Part shown: positions 38,816 through 47,595 of the stretch, piece after piece
Layout: the number at the start of each line of letters is the position of its first letter
Numbering within the stretch: position 1 is the stretch's first letter
Source: an uncultured Pseudomonadales bacterium
GTDB lineage: Bacteria > Pseudomonadota > Gammaproteobacteria > Pseudomonadales > JBECKS01
Assembly (NCBI GenBank): GCA_964557005.1
Contig: CAZKYI010000002.1
Span: forward strand, 129,526-193,525
Direction: 5' to 3'
DNA length: 64,000 nucleotides
The notes under the pieces: model-generated
Told to the model about the DNA's origin: nothing
The model's database searches: none
What the model saw: only the letters and a program-made list of their open reading frames with translations
Position numbers and translations under genes: made by a program

Positions 38816-39490
38816 TTACTCGGCCAATAAGGCTGCTTCCTTGTGCCTGACGACTTCGCCTTCCACCATAAAGATGACATCTTCTGCAATATTAGTGGTG
38901 AGATCGGCAATGCGTTCCAGATAGCGTGAGGAAGAAAGGTATTGAACGGCACGCTCCACACGCTCAGGGTGCGCCTGCATTTGTGCCTGAAGTTCACTGT
39001 ACATATCACGATTGATTTGATCCACCAGCGCGTCCATTCTGATGACCTGCTTGGCCAATGGAACGTCGAGCTTAATCAGTGCGTCGAGCGCCATACGAAT
39101 CATTTTACGAATTTGCCCGGGCATATCCTCTGAAAAGGCTTTGGGTATCGGAATGGGTGCTTGTGCAGAAAGAAATTGTGCACGTTTGGCGATGTTTTCA
39201 GCAAAATCACCCATACGTTCGAGATCATTGTTTACTTTGAGTACCACCACGATAAAGCGTAAATCCACCGCAACGGGTTGATGCAATGCAAGTGTCTTGA
39301 GACACAGCTCTTCAATATGCACTTCTTTTTCATCGATGGCATCGGCTTCGGCGAGCACCTTGTCGGCAAGCTCAACGCGACGCGCATTCAAGGCGTGGAT
39401 TGCTTCGTTAATGGCGCTTTCTACCATCACACCCAGTTGCAGAATTTCCCGCTTGAGTTCCTGTAAATCTCTATTCAGATGTATAGCCAC
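38816..39490 (-). CDS. phoU: phosphate signalling complex protein PhoU
   Basis: Two PhoU repeats (NNDLERMGDFAENIA and SSRYLERIADLTTNIAEDV), downstream of pstB. Confidence 0.95.
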   Translation of the reverse strand: MAIHLNRDLQELKREILQLGVMVESAINEAIHALNARRVELADKVLAEADAIDEKEVHIEELCLKTLALHQPVAVDLRFIVVVLKVNNDLERMGDFAENIAKRAQFLSAQAPIPIPKAFSEDMPGQIRKMIRMALDALIKLDVPLAKQVIRMDALVDQINRDMYSELQAQMQAHPERVERAVQYLSSSRYLERIADLTTNIAEDVIFMVEGEVVRHKEAALLAE

Positions 39491-39505
39491 TTGTATCTCC
39501 CAAAA

Positions 39506-40324
39506 TTAACCAAAACGACCAGTAACATAGTCTTCAGTGCGTTTATTTTCAGGCCGCGTGAAAATGTTGTTAGTGTCACCAAATTCCACCAGCACACCGT
39601 TTTCCATAAAAGCGGTGTAATCTGAAATACGTGCTGCCTGCTGCATGTTGTGTGTCACAATCATGATTGAATACTGCTGCTTGAGTTCAAAAATCAAATC
39701 TTCAATGTATGCCGTTGAAACGGGATCCAAAGCGGAGCAAGGTTCGTCCATCAAAAGCACTTCAGGTTTCATGGCAAGCGCACGGGCAATGCACAGGCGT
39801 TGTTGCTGTCCACCGGAAAGATTCAGTGCAGAATCATGCAGGCGATCTTTTACTTCGTCCCATAAGGCTGCGCGTTTGAGAGAATTCTCAACCAATTCAT
39901 CGGTATTTTCCTTGTACCCGTTAATGATGGGTGCCCAAACAATATTTTTATAAATACTTTTCGGGAAAGGATTGGGTTTTTGAAAAACCATACCAATTTT
40001 TCGGCGAACTTCTACCGCATCCACATTAGGCGCATAAATATCCTGACCATGATAGGAGATAGTGCCTTCGATAGTGACATTATCAATAAAATCATTCATG
40101 CGATTGATGCAGCGCAACAAGGTACTTTTGCCACAGCCACTTGGTCCAATGATGGAAGTAATTTTATTTTCAGCCACATTAAAGCTGACACTTTTTACGG
40201 CTTTTTCTCCTGAGTAACTCACAGACACATTGTCCAGATTAATAACAGCTTGTTCTTTCATGGGGTTGTTTACCTCCAGACGGGTATCTGCATGGTGTTG
40301 TGTAAAATTGACCTGTGTATTCAT
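39506..40324 (-). CDS. pstB: phosphate ABC transporter ATP-binding protein
   Basis: [33 protein letters not shown] and [12 protein letters not shown]. Confidence 0.97.
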   Translation of the reverse strand: MNTQVNFTQHHADTRLEVNNPMKEQAVINLDNVSVSYSGEKAVKSVSFNVAENKITSIIGPSGCGKSTLLRCINRMNDFIDNVTIEGTISYHGQDIYAPNVDAVEVRRKIGMVFQKPNPFPKSIYKNIVWAPIINGYKENTDELVENSLKRAALWDEVKDRLHDSALNLSGGQQQRLCIARALAMKPEVLLMDEPCSALDPVSTAYIEDLIFELKQQYSIMIVTHNMQQAARISDYTAFMENGVLVEFGDTNNIFTRPENKRTEDYVTGRFG

Positions 40325-41175
40325 TTGTTTTTCTTTTCACTTTTGTGGCGAATAAAAATCGCCAGAGAATTCATGCTGAGTAAGACCGCCATTAACACAA
40401 TAATGCCTGCGGCTGCCAGTTCATGAAATTCCTGCTGTGGCCGTGAAGCCCAGTTGAAAATTTGTATGGGCAGTGCTGTAAATGGATCCATGGGGGTTTC
40501 AGGAATAAAGGCAACATAAGTTAATGCACCAATCATCACCAAAGGTGCTGTTTCACCAATCGCACGGGATAATGAGAGGATCACGCCGGTTAAAATGCCT
40601 GGAAATGCAGCAGGTAGTACATGCGCTTGTACGGTTTGCCAACGTGTTCCGCCGAGCGCAAAAGCGGCCTGACGAATGCTCATGGGAACGGTTTTAATGG
40701 CTTCGCGGCTGGCGATAATAATAACAGGCAGAATAAGCAGGCTCATGGTCAGCGCACCTGCGATAACACTGCGTTCAAGGTGAAAAAATCTGACAAACAC
40801 AGCCAAACCAACAATACCGTAAACAATCGAGGGTACACCGGCGAGGTTTGCAATATTCAATTCGATGAAGCTGCTGATACGACCTTTTTTGGCAAATTCT
40901 TCCAGATAAATTGCCGAGCACACTCCCAAAGGAATTGAAATACAGGCAGTCAGGCTGATTAACCACAGCGTTCCAAAAATAGCCGATTTAATGCCTGCTT
41001 TTTCTGGAAAGCGGGAAGGAAAGTTATTTAAAAAATCCCAGCTCAACCATCGAATACCATCAACTGAAACCTGAATAATCAGTAACGCGAGCAGGCTTAC
41101 ACCAAACCAGGTAACACTGGCGCAGAACAAGCTGAATAATCTGGATTTAAGATGACGGTTTTTCAAACTATTCAT
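40321..41175 (-). CDS. pstA: phosphate ABC transporter permease PstA
   Basis: Permease EAA-like loop ([10 protein letters not shown]), position in the pstSCAB order, and start/stop overlaps with its neighbours. Confidence 0.9.
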   Translation of the reverse strand: MNSLKNRHLKSRLFSLFCASVTWFGVSLLALLIIQVSVDGIRWLSWDFLNNFPSRFPEKAGIKSAIFGTLWLISLTACISIPLGVCSAIYLEEFAKKGRISSFIELNIANLAGVPSIVYGIVGLAVFVRFFHLERSVIAGALTMSLLILPVIIIASREAIKTVPMSIRQAAFALGGTRWQTVQAHVLPAAFPGILTGVILSLSRAIGETAPLVMIGALTYVAFIPETPMDPFTALPIQIFNWASRPQQEFHELAAAGIIVLMAVLLSMNSLAIFIRHKSEKKNK

Positions 41176-42100
41176 AAACTTCCCGATAACGGCGTAAAAT
41201 CCACTGCGATATAATGTTAAGTGTCAGCGTAATTAAAAACAGCAAGGCAGCGACAGCAAACATGGTTTGATAGGAAAGCGTGCCTGTGGGTGTGTCACCC
41301 AGACTTACCTGAACAATGTACGCTGTCATGGTTTGTATGCTGCCAAGAATATTCAGCGAGAGATTGGGCGTTGCACCTGCGGCGAGTGTTACCGCCATGG
41401 TTTCACCAATCGCTCTTGAGATGGCCAGCAGAAAAGAGGCCATAACACCGGAAAGCCCTGCGGGCACAATGATGCGCGTACTCACTTCATAATCTGTCGC
41501 GCCCAGTGCATAAGCACCTTGTTTAAGCGCAGAAGGTACAGCAGAAAGTGCGTTGTCACTGAGAGAGGCAATCATTGGCAGAATCATAATGCCAACCACA
41601 ATCGCTGCACTCAGTGCATTAAAAACCTGTGTTTGCGGGAAAATCGTTTGCAGCAATGGGGTAATAAAACTCAAGGCAAAATAACCGTAGACAACGGTTG
41701 GAACACCTGCCAGTAATTCAAGAACGGGTTTTACGATGGAGCGGGTTTTGGCGGGTGCGTATTGGCTCAGATAAATGGCGGTTGCCAAACCAATAGGAAT
41801 TGCGATTAAAGCGGCACCAATGGTTACCAGCAGGGTTCCCCATAACAAAGGCAGTACGCCGAAAGATTGTGGGTGTAACAAGGGGCTCCAGTGTGTTCCA
41901 AAGAAGAATTCTATGGGTGATATTTCTTTAAAGAACAGGAATGATTCTTTGACGAGAATGGAAATAATGGCGATGGCGGTGAGTACCGATACAAAGGCAC
42001 ACAGTGCTAAAAAATTTTTAATGCAGAATTCCTGCCAGTTCAATCGAATTCCACTCAAGTGATTGGAAAGGTTTTTGGCTTTTGGATTGGCTGAATTCAT
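41168..42100 (-). CDS. pstC: phosphate ABC transporter permease PstC
   Basis: [11 protein letters not shown] loop, 310 aa, and its position in the operon. Confidence 0.9.
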   Translation of the reverse strand: MNSANPKAKNLSNHLSGIRLNWQEFCIKNFLALCAFVSVLTAIAIISILVKESFLFFKEISPIEFFFGTHWSPLLHPQSFGVLPLLWGTLLVTIGAALIAIPIGLATAIYLSQYAPAKTRSIVKPVLELLAGVPTVVYGYFALSFITPLLQTIFPQTQVFNALSAAIVVGIMILPMIASLSDNALSAVPSALKQGAYALGATDYEVSTRIIVPAGLSGVMASFLLAISRAIGETMAVTLAAGATPNLSLNILGSIQTMTAYIVQVSLGDTPTGTLSYQTMFAVAALLFLITLTLNIISQWILRRYREVYE

Positions 42101-42120
42101 TTTGCTCTACTTCAAGTTAT

Positions 42121-42142
42121 CGAGCCGCTGTGAAGCGGCTCG
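42121..42142 (-). terminator. intercistronic hairpin between pstS and pstC; possible partial attenuator or mRNA stabiliser
   Basis: Perfect 8-bp GC-rich stem CGAGCCGC/GCGGCTCG with a 6-nt loop and no U-tract. Confidence 0.35.
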
Positions 42143-42155
42143 GGATTCTTTAACT

Positions 42156-43142
42156 TTATTGTTGGCCTATTAAATCTTTAACGGTAAAGCCTGCTTCCTG
42201 TATGTAGGCGCTTCCTGTTTCACGCTGCTTGATGCGTTTTAGCGTGGCTTTATAAACAGAATCAGGCAGCGAGATATAACCCACTTCTTTTGAGAGTGCG
42301 CTTGCGTTTTCCATGTAGAAATGAACAAAGGCATTCACCTCGGGTTTATCCAGTGCTTTTGGATTCACATAAATGAACACAGGGCGAGACAGCGGAGAAT
42401 AAGTACCCTTGTTGATGGTTTCAAAAGTTGGCGTAATAGCGCCTTTGCCTGCATCAATCGGTACAACTTTTAATTTATCCTGATTGGCAACATAGTAGGC
42501 GTAACCAAAAAATCCCAGTGCATATTCATCATTACGAATGCCTTGTACGAGCACATTGTCGTCTTCGCTTGCGGTGTAATCAGAACGTGACGCACCTGAT
42601 TTATGGTTAATCACTTCCGTAAAGTAATCAAAAGTACCCGAGTCGGCGCCAGGGCCAAACAACCTTACAGGTTTTTCAGGCCAGCCTGAACGCACCTGAT
42701 TCCAGGTTTTAATGGTTGAACCAGGTTTCCAGATTTCATGCAGCTCGGCGACGGTGAGGTAATCAACAAAAGTGTTCTTCTGACTAATCACCACTGAAAG
42801 CCCGTCAAAAGCAATCGGAAGTTCAATGAATTGTATGCCGGATTTTTTTGCCTGAGCGATTTCACTGTCCTTGATGGGGCGAGAAGCATCGTTGATGTCA
42901 ATTTCACCCGCCAAAAATTTCTTGAAGCCACCACCCGTGCCGGAAACGCCCACCGTTACGCGTACTTTCGGTTGAACCTTGCGAAATTCCTCAGCAACCG
43001 CTTCACTGATCGGGAAAACGGTGCTTGAACCATCAAGGCTGACAGCACCGCTTAAACGCGCAGCATTGGCAGGGTTGGTTAATAAAGAGAGAGCCAGAAC
43101 AACACTGGCGGCTTTAAGTAATACAATATGTTTAAGTTTCAT
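42156..43142 (-). CDS. pstS: phosphate ABC transporter substrate-binding protein PstS
   Basis: Signal peptide [26 protein letters not shown] and the motifs GSSTVFP and SGTGGGF. The start at MKLKH (43142) has AGGA 6 nt upstream. Confidence 0.9.
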   Translation of the reverse strand: MKLKHIVLLKAASVVLALSLLTNPANAARLSGAVSLDGSSTVFPISEAVAEEFRKVQPKVRVTVGVSGTGGGFKKFLAGEIDINDASRPIKDSEIAQAKKSGIQFIELPIAFDGLSVVISQKNTFVDYLTVAELHEIWKPGSTIKTWNQVRSGWPEKPVRLFGPGADSGTFDYFTEVINHKSGASRSDYTASEDDNVLVQGIRNDEYALGFFGYAYYVANQDKLKVVPIDAGKGAITPTFETINKGTYSPLSRPVFIYVNPKALDKPEVNAFVHFYMENASALSKEVGYISLPDSVYKATLKRIKQRETGSAYIQEAGFTVKDLIGQQ

Positions 43143-43376
43143 AATTATCCTCATGTTGCGCACTTTAGGGCGCGTTTGTTAAGAAAAGATAAATATTTAC
43201 CGAAGAAAAGGTTAAGACCTTATTTTTCCGATAAATAAGTGTGTTTTTAAAATAACGTGAGGAGAGTAATGAGAGAATGTTAATTGCAGGTAAAGAACGC
43301 TTTAAACCTGAATTAATTTGGTGTGCATGAATTAAACTGAGCTGTAGAAATGAGTCAGATTGAATATATTGTTATT

Positions 43377-43691
43377 CTATGGTTTTTCAGTATTGCTTGT
43401 GAGTGCTGCATGTTCAGCAAGCTCTGCATTTATAAAAGCAGAAATCATTGAGCGATAGACGGCCTCGACTACATCGGGATTTGCACCGCAGTCGTGAGCA
43501 AGCGTGCGAACTTTTGAAATGACCTGCTCGACCCTTTGTGGCGCTTTAACGTCATCGGTGGATTTCTTAAAGCGCGCTGCCTGCATGACGAAGCCACCGC
43601 GCTCAGCGAGTAAGGCTACGATTTTTCGATCAATTGTGTCGATGTTGGAACGAACTTCTTCAAGGGAATTGCAAGTGATTGTCTTGTTCAA
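43377..43691 (-). CDS. monofunctional AroQ-class chorismate mutase (PchB-like)
   Basis: LEEVRSNIDTIDRKIVALLAERGGFVMQAARFK is the AroQ helix-1 signature. The protein is 104 aa. Confidence 0.8.
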   Translation of the reverse strand: MNKTITCNSLEEVRSNIDTIDRKIVALLAERGGFVMQAARFKKSTDDVKAPQRVEQVISKVRTLAHDCGANPDVVEAVYRSMISAFINAELAEHAALTSNTEKP

Positions 43692-43703
43692 TGTTTACTC
43701 CTG

Positions 43704-43982
43704 TCAGGCGCTTTTCGCACCGAGTATTTGCAAAATGGCACTGCTACTTTTTCCTCTTATTTCAATGACTTTATGTTGAGACGTACTACCTGAAATGACT
43801 GAAAGTGCGCTTTCGTTTAATTGTAGTTCTTTTGCCAGCAGTTTGATGACAGCCTCATTCGCTTTTCCTTTTTCGGGTGGGGCAGATACACGTACCTTGA
43901 GAGAATCGCCAAGCCAACCACAAACAGAAGAGCGTGATGCCCCTGGCACAACTTTTATTTTCAGCTTTGTTAATTCTTCCAT
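43704..43982 (-). CDS. DUF167 (YggU) family protein
   Basis: LKIKVVPGASRSSV...LKVRVSAPPEKGKANEAVIKLLAKEL. I prefer the M14 start. Confidence 0.8.
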   Translation of the reverse strand: MEELTKLKIKVVPGASRSSVCGWLGDSLKVRVSAPPEKGKANEAVIKLLAKELQLNESALSVISGSTSQHKVIEIRGKSSSAILQILGAKSA

Positions 43983-44061
43983 TGGTTTGTGTGTTCTACT
44001 AACGCCTGAATTAAGCCGCATCGAGAAGCGACATCGAATTGAATGAATTATTATTTTTTGT

Positions 44062-44095
44062 TTCTAACGTTGTCCGCAACATGGACTAGTTATAA
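44062..44095 (-). other. short attC-like imperfect hairpin closing the parDE unit
   Basis: On the minus strand: TTATAAC-TAGTCC-ATGTTGC-GGACAAC-GTTAGAA. The outer boxes pair 6/7, the inner stem is 5 bp, and one base is bulged. The parE TAA stop lies inside the TTATAAC box. Confidence 0.35.
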
Positions 44096-44377
44096 GTCTC
44101 TTTCAATTTCTTTGCCATGCCATAGCCGCAAAATGATTATTTCCTCTCTGGCAATAAAATAACGAATGGTGTAACTGCCAATAAATAAATCCCGAATGAG
44201 TTCCGGTTGTGGTGCCTTTAAAACTTGCAAACCCATTTTGGGAAATACTTTGAGTTTATCTATGCCAAGGAGCAGCTCTCTCGACACTCTTTGTGCTGCA
44301 ACTGGATTTTTGACTTCTATAAATTCACGAAGCCGATTCAAATCATCAATGGCTTCTGGCGTATACCTTATTTTCAT
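44090..44377 (-). CDS. parE: type II toxin, RelE/ParE superfamily (ParE-like)
   Basis: MKIRYTPEAIDDLNRLREFI...GSYTIRYFIAREEIIILRLWHGKE. A 4-nt overlap with the upstream antitoxin gene. Confidence 0.85.
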   Translation of the reverse strand: MKIRYTPEAIDDLNRLREFIEVKNPVAAQRVSRELLLGIDKLKVFPKMGLQVLKAPQPELIRDLFIGSYTIRYFIAREEIIILRLWHGKEIERDL

Positions 44378-44640
44378 ACTGAAGGGGGAGGCAACTCCTT
44401 GTCAGTGCCCCAACTTTGAAGCCATTCCGTAACTTTGGACTCGTTGACCAATTTGCCTGATTTGGCAGATTCCAGCGCAGCCAGAGTATCGTTCCAACGG
44501 CTATCTTCCATCAGTTGCCTGGCAATAAACTCTTTAACTGCTTGATTTATAAGATAGTTTTTACTTCTATCGAGTCGTTGAGCAAGACTTTCGAGAGGAG
44601 CTTCAATATCTTTAGAAATTCTGAGGCTGGTAATGCTCAT
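44374..44640 (-). CDS. parD: ribbon-helix-helix (CopG/ParD-type) antitoxin
   Basis: MSITSLRISKDIEAPLESLAQRLDRSKNYLINQAVKEFI is an RHH fold. It is coupled to the toxin gene. Confidence 0.8.
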   Translation of the reverse strand: MSITSLRISKDIEAPLESLAQRLDRSKNYLINQAVKEFIARQLMEDSRWNDTLAALESAKSGKLVNESKVTEWLQSWGTDKELPPPSV

Positions 44641-44706
44641 AACATATCTCCTGTGTATTATGTTGTAACACAGCGTAATACATGAGGAGAAGGCAAGTCA
44701 AAAGAC

Positions 44707-44775
44707 TTATAACGCCCACAACACCGGCAAACCGGAGCGAAGCGGAGGTTTGTCCGGTGCTTGTGATTGTTACGT
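44707..44775 (-). other. attC-like 69-nt imperfect palindrome closing the GIY-YIG unit
   Basis: On the minus strand: ACGTAAC...GTTATAA. The arms at 44714-44733 and 44747-44768 pair extensively, with two single-base bulges (44753 and 44760) and a 13-nt loop. The ORF's TAA stop lies inside ACGTAAC. Confidence 0.45.
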
Positions 44776-45510
44776 GTTGACTGGTACAAATTCACGCTCT
44801 ATTAGGTCGATAATAGAAGCTACCGTTTCGGTGCTAATGCTCATTACCTTTGCGCCGCCCTTCTTTCCCTGCTCTACGTCGAAGCCGTGCCCCTCAAGGA
44901 ATTCTTTGATGTCTTCATAGACATCTCTACTCCTTCCGATAGACAGATGATGCCTGCCGGACTTCCTCGCATTTACATAATATGTAAGTTGCTTGTCATC
45001 ACTAAAAAATGTGGGTCCGGCAATGCGTGAGCTTGATCTCAGAGGCTTTGTTAGCAAATCGGAAATTTCACCAAGTAGTATATGGTCAGATTTCTGCTTA
45101 TTTTCAACTTCTTTTTGAAGGACGCTCTGGGTGTAGGGATCGTTGCTTTGCTCGATTGGTAATTCTCTAGCGCCGATAAGCCCCATAATGGGTTGCATGC
45201 GCTCCACGAGCGTATCGTCCTTATCTAAGAACCACTCTCCCTCAATGCGACTATCATCTAGCAGCATATGCAGCGCGTTTTCGACGGCTCTGGCATCGCT
45301 ATGTTCCCAAGCGGCAATGCACTGGGCTTTTATGGGTGATTTTGTATTGCTTATCTGTTGTAGCCGAGAACTGAGGGTTGCATTGCCCGCGCCCGTTACA
45401 CCCACCTTTTTGTATGGGATATCAACATTCCCACCAATGTCTATGTGACGCATTACGTAGATCATATTCTGCATTAGCTAAATTAACTCCAAATTCTCCG
45501 AGACACGTAA
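44713..45510 (-). mobile_element. candidate integron-type gene cassette carrying the GIY-YIG gene
   Basis: On the minus strand G|TTACGT (45511-45505) lies 36 nt before the ATG. The same 7-mer is complemented by ACGTAAC (44775-44769) at the ORF end. The unit is 798 bp. Confidence 0.4.
44770..45474 (-). CDS. GIY-YIG superfamily (T5orf172/MUG113-like) domain protein with an uncharacterised C-terminal half
   Basis: The N-terminal IYVMRH..YKKVGVTG..LSSRLQQI..ENALHMLLDDSRIEGEWF fits the T5orf172 pattern. The C-terminal ~120 aa are unrecognised. Confidence 0.65.
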   Translation of the reverse strand: MQNMIYVMRHIDIGGNVDIPYKKVGVTGAGNATLSSRLQQISNTKSPIKAQCIAAWEHSDARAVENALHMLLDDSRIEGEWFLDKDDTLVERMQPIMGLIGARELPIEQSNDPYTQSVLQKEVENKQKSDHILLGEISDLLTKPLRSSSRIAGPTFFSDDKQLTYYVNARKSGRHHLSIGRSRDVYEDIKEFLEGHGFDVEQGKKGGAKVMSISTETVASIIDLIEREFVPVNT

Positions 45511-45519
45511 CAGTTTATT

Positions 45520-45548
45520 AAGCGGCCATGGCCGCTTTATTTTTTTTC
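45520..45548 (+). terminator. orphan plus-strand rho-independent terminator with no plus-strand gene upstream
   Basis: Perfect 18-nt palindrome AAGCGGCCATGGCCGCTT followed by TATTTTTTTT. It sits 8 nt from the cassette boundary. Confidence 0.55.
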
Positions 45549-45728
45549 ATTACCTTTCTGAAGCTGCCAGATTTTTATCTGCTTTTCAATGAGTTAGTAA
45601 GGGGCGCTTGCTCGTATGTCGATGCTGAGGGATTTACTGGCCGCATAACTTATGCTTACCAAACCGAAAAGCATTACATCATGGACTAAAAATCAGCCAC
45701 CCCCCTTGCACCCTTGTTCAAAATGGAT

Positions 45729-45748
45729 ATGATAACGGTAATTATCAT
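45729..45748. promoter_or_regulatory. candidate TetR operator
   Basis: Perfect inverted repeat ATGATAA-N6-TTATCAT, 16-35 nt upstream of the tetR-family start codon. Confidence 0.45.
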
Positions 45749-45763
45749 TATCGTTTTATAGCC

Positions 45764-46438
45764 ATGAATGCCCAATTAGACAAAGTGATCAATCTCGACT
45801 ATCGCCGCTGGACAAAAAACCCCAAGCAAAGCCGTAGTGAGGAATCGTTGGAGCGCATTCTCGATGCGGCGTTGGATCAGTTGCTGGAATACGGGGCAGA
45901 AAGCCTGAGTGTGGCCAGTGTGGCTGATCGCGCAGGTTATACGGTGGGTGCGCTGTACAGGCGCTTTGCTGATAAACAGTCGCTGTTGCATGCGCTGCAT
46001 GAGCGCTTTGCTGAAAACCTGCTCATGTTGATGAAAAACATTGCCGATCAGGTGGAAGCACAAAAACTCAGCATTGCCGATCTGGTTGAAATGCTCTCTG
46101 AACAAGCCTGGGCTTTTGCAGCACAGCAACAGGCCTTCTTGCAGTTGGCCAATATTTTTGCGCAAAACGATGAAGATTTTCTCAAACGTCGCGAGCTGGT
46201 GAGCAAGGCATCGGAAGATATTTTGAGACCCTTGTTTTTGAATCGCAGCAATGAAATCTCGCACCCTGATCCTGAACGCGCGGTGCGTTTTGTATTTGAA
46301 CAATCAATGGCGGCTTTTAACTACCGCATTGAAAGTGTGCAATCGAACAAGATTTTTCCAGTCATGGACGACAAGGAGTTCATCAATGAACTCAAACACT
46401 GTTTTTATTTATACCTTGGCCTTAAGTCAGCCAATTAA
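45764..46438 (+). CDS. TetR/AcrR-family transcriptional regulator
   Basis: HTH region ILDAALDQLLEYGAESLSVASVADRAGYTVGALYRRFADKQSLL. Confidence 0.9.
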   Translation: MNAQLDKVINLDYRRWTKNPKQSRSEESLERILDAALDQLLEYGAESLSVASVADRAGYTVGALYRRFADKQSLLHALHERFAENLLMLMKNIADQVEAQKLSIADLVEMLSEQAWAFAAQQQAFLQLANIFAQNDEDFLKRRELVSKASEDILRPLFLNRSNEISHPDPERAVRFVFEQSMAAFNYRIESVQSNKIFPVMDDKEFINELKHCFYLYLGLKSAN

Positions 46439-46464
46439 TTCAACTTGTCATAGCGGGGGAAGCC

Positions 46465-47592
46465 ATGTCTGCCATTCACGATACCATGATTGAACCACCT
46501 AATTTTGCCTACGGTTGGTATGCGCCACTGGTTGCAAAAGAAATAACGCAAAAGAAAATCACCGGCTTTAATTTTATGGGGCAAAAACTGATTGCCTTTC
46601 GTAACAAAGAGAACAAGGTGATTGTGCTCGATAGTGTTTGTCCACACTTTGGTGCTGATTTAAGCAAGGGTGATATGTGTGACGGGCAAGTGCGTTGTTA
46701 TTTTCACGGATTTTATTTTAACGATGAAGGCCAATGTACCAAGGGTGATGTGGTTAAAGACCCGACTACACTGGAAAAAATTACGGTACCAAAATTTGCC
46801 GTTGAAGAATGCGCAGGACAGGTGTGGATTTGGCATGGCCCTAATCCGGGTGTGCCAACCATTCCGCTGCCCATCAAGGATTTGGCGTGGGACGAATGGT
46901 CGACACCGGTGACTTCCAAGCAGCGCCACATTATCGATTCCAATATGTGCTACCAAACTGAAAACATTATCGACATGCAACACTTCGATACTGTGCATAA
47001 ATGGAAACTGCATGAACTGGTCGATGGCCCGCGTGTAGACGAACAAGGTCGCTTTGTTACCGATATTAAAGTAACGATTATTCCTACGGCGCAAAGTCCT
47101 CGCGTTTGGTTACGCAAACTCACCTCGTGGGTAAAAATGGATGCGCGTATTTGCTTTCGTGTGTATAGCCCGGGCAATGCCATCGCGACTTCTTATCGTG
47201 GCACAGAAGTTGATGAAGACAATTCTCAACGCAACATTGTGTGCATTTACCCTGTTGATGAAAAAACGGTGAGCATTCGTGTAGCCTGTACAGTGAAAAT
47301 CAATAAACCCGATACCGCAGCCAATCGTTTTAAAAATACCTTACGCAAGCCTTTGGATTTTGTTGCAGGGCATATTATGGCAGCGATTGCGGTGTCAGAT
47401 TTCGATGGCGATTTGAAAGTATGGAATAACCGAACTTACTTAACCAATCCCAAATATGTGAAAGAAGATGGCCCGATGATTCTTTTCCGCAAATGGTATT
47501 TGCGTTTCTGGCATCAGGATTATTTCCATGAGCTTGCCAATCCCGTTACTACGGGCAATAAAGTACCCAGCATTAAAGCAGCGCAGGTTTAA
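46465..47592 (+). CDS. Rieske [2Fe-2S] non-haem-iron oxygenase, catalytic alpha-type subunit
   Basis: Rieske motif CPHFGADL...CYFHGF. The mononuclear iron motif ENIIDMQHFDTVH fits E-x3-D-x2-H-x4-H. Confidence 0.85.
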   Translation: MSAIHDTMIEPPNFAYGWYAPLVAKEITQKKITGFNFMGQKLIAFRNKENKVIVLDSVCPHFGADLSKGDMCDGQVRCYFHGFYFNDEGQCTKGDVVKDPTTLEKITVPKFAVEECAGQVWIWHGPNPGVPTIPLPIKDLAWDEWSTPVTSKQRHIIDSNMCYQTENIIDMQHFDTVHKWKLHELVDGPRVDEQGRFVTDIKVTIIPTAQSPRVWLRKLTSWVKMDARICFRVYSPGNAIATSYRGTEVDEDNSQRNIVCIYPVDEKTVSIRVACTVKINKPDTAANRFKNTLRKPLDFVAGHIMAAIAVSDFDGDLKVWNNRTYLTNPKYVKEDGPMILFRKWYLRFWHQDYFHELANPVTTGNKVPSIKAAQV

Positions 47593-47595
47593 ACA

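Larger units (their letters stand above)
44068..44712 (-). mobile_element. candidate integron-type gene cassette carrying parDE
   Basis: On the minus strand it starts TTATAA (44712-44707) and ends ..TTATAAC..G (44068). The first 6 nt are exactly complementary to the AAC box of its own closing hairpin. Confidence 0.4.

Noticed and set aside
36770-43163. Adjacency of a low-affinity PiT/DUF47 pair and the high-affinity pstSCAB-phoU operon.
   Set aside because: This is a common arrangement of ordinary phosphate-acquisition genes and nothing in the sequence is unusual.
43178-43216. An 11-bp-phased CTTAAC/CTTCGG repeat upstream of pstS, and TTTACCTGCAATTAACA further upstream near 43275-43295, both considered as Pho boxes.
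   Set aside because: Only 2-4 of the 7 conserved CTGTCAT positions match. This is too weak to call without a species-specific PhoB matrix.
43997-44095. A longer 99-nt attC alternative for the parDE unit, ending at GTTAGTA (minus strand, 44003-43997).
   Set aside because: The arms inside that interval are not complementary. Only the 34-nt inner hairpin is palindromic.
45776-46303. A 175-aa ORF antisense to the TetR gene. Similar shadow ORFs occur at 34144-34662 (rpoH), 61173-61778 (TRAP binding-protein gene), 55840-56292 (recG) and 51499-51954 (gmk).
   Set aside because: The sense-strand genes have unambiguous family motifs and the antisense translations have none.
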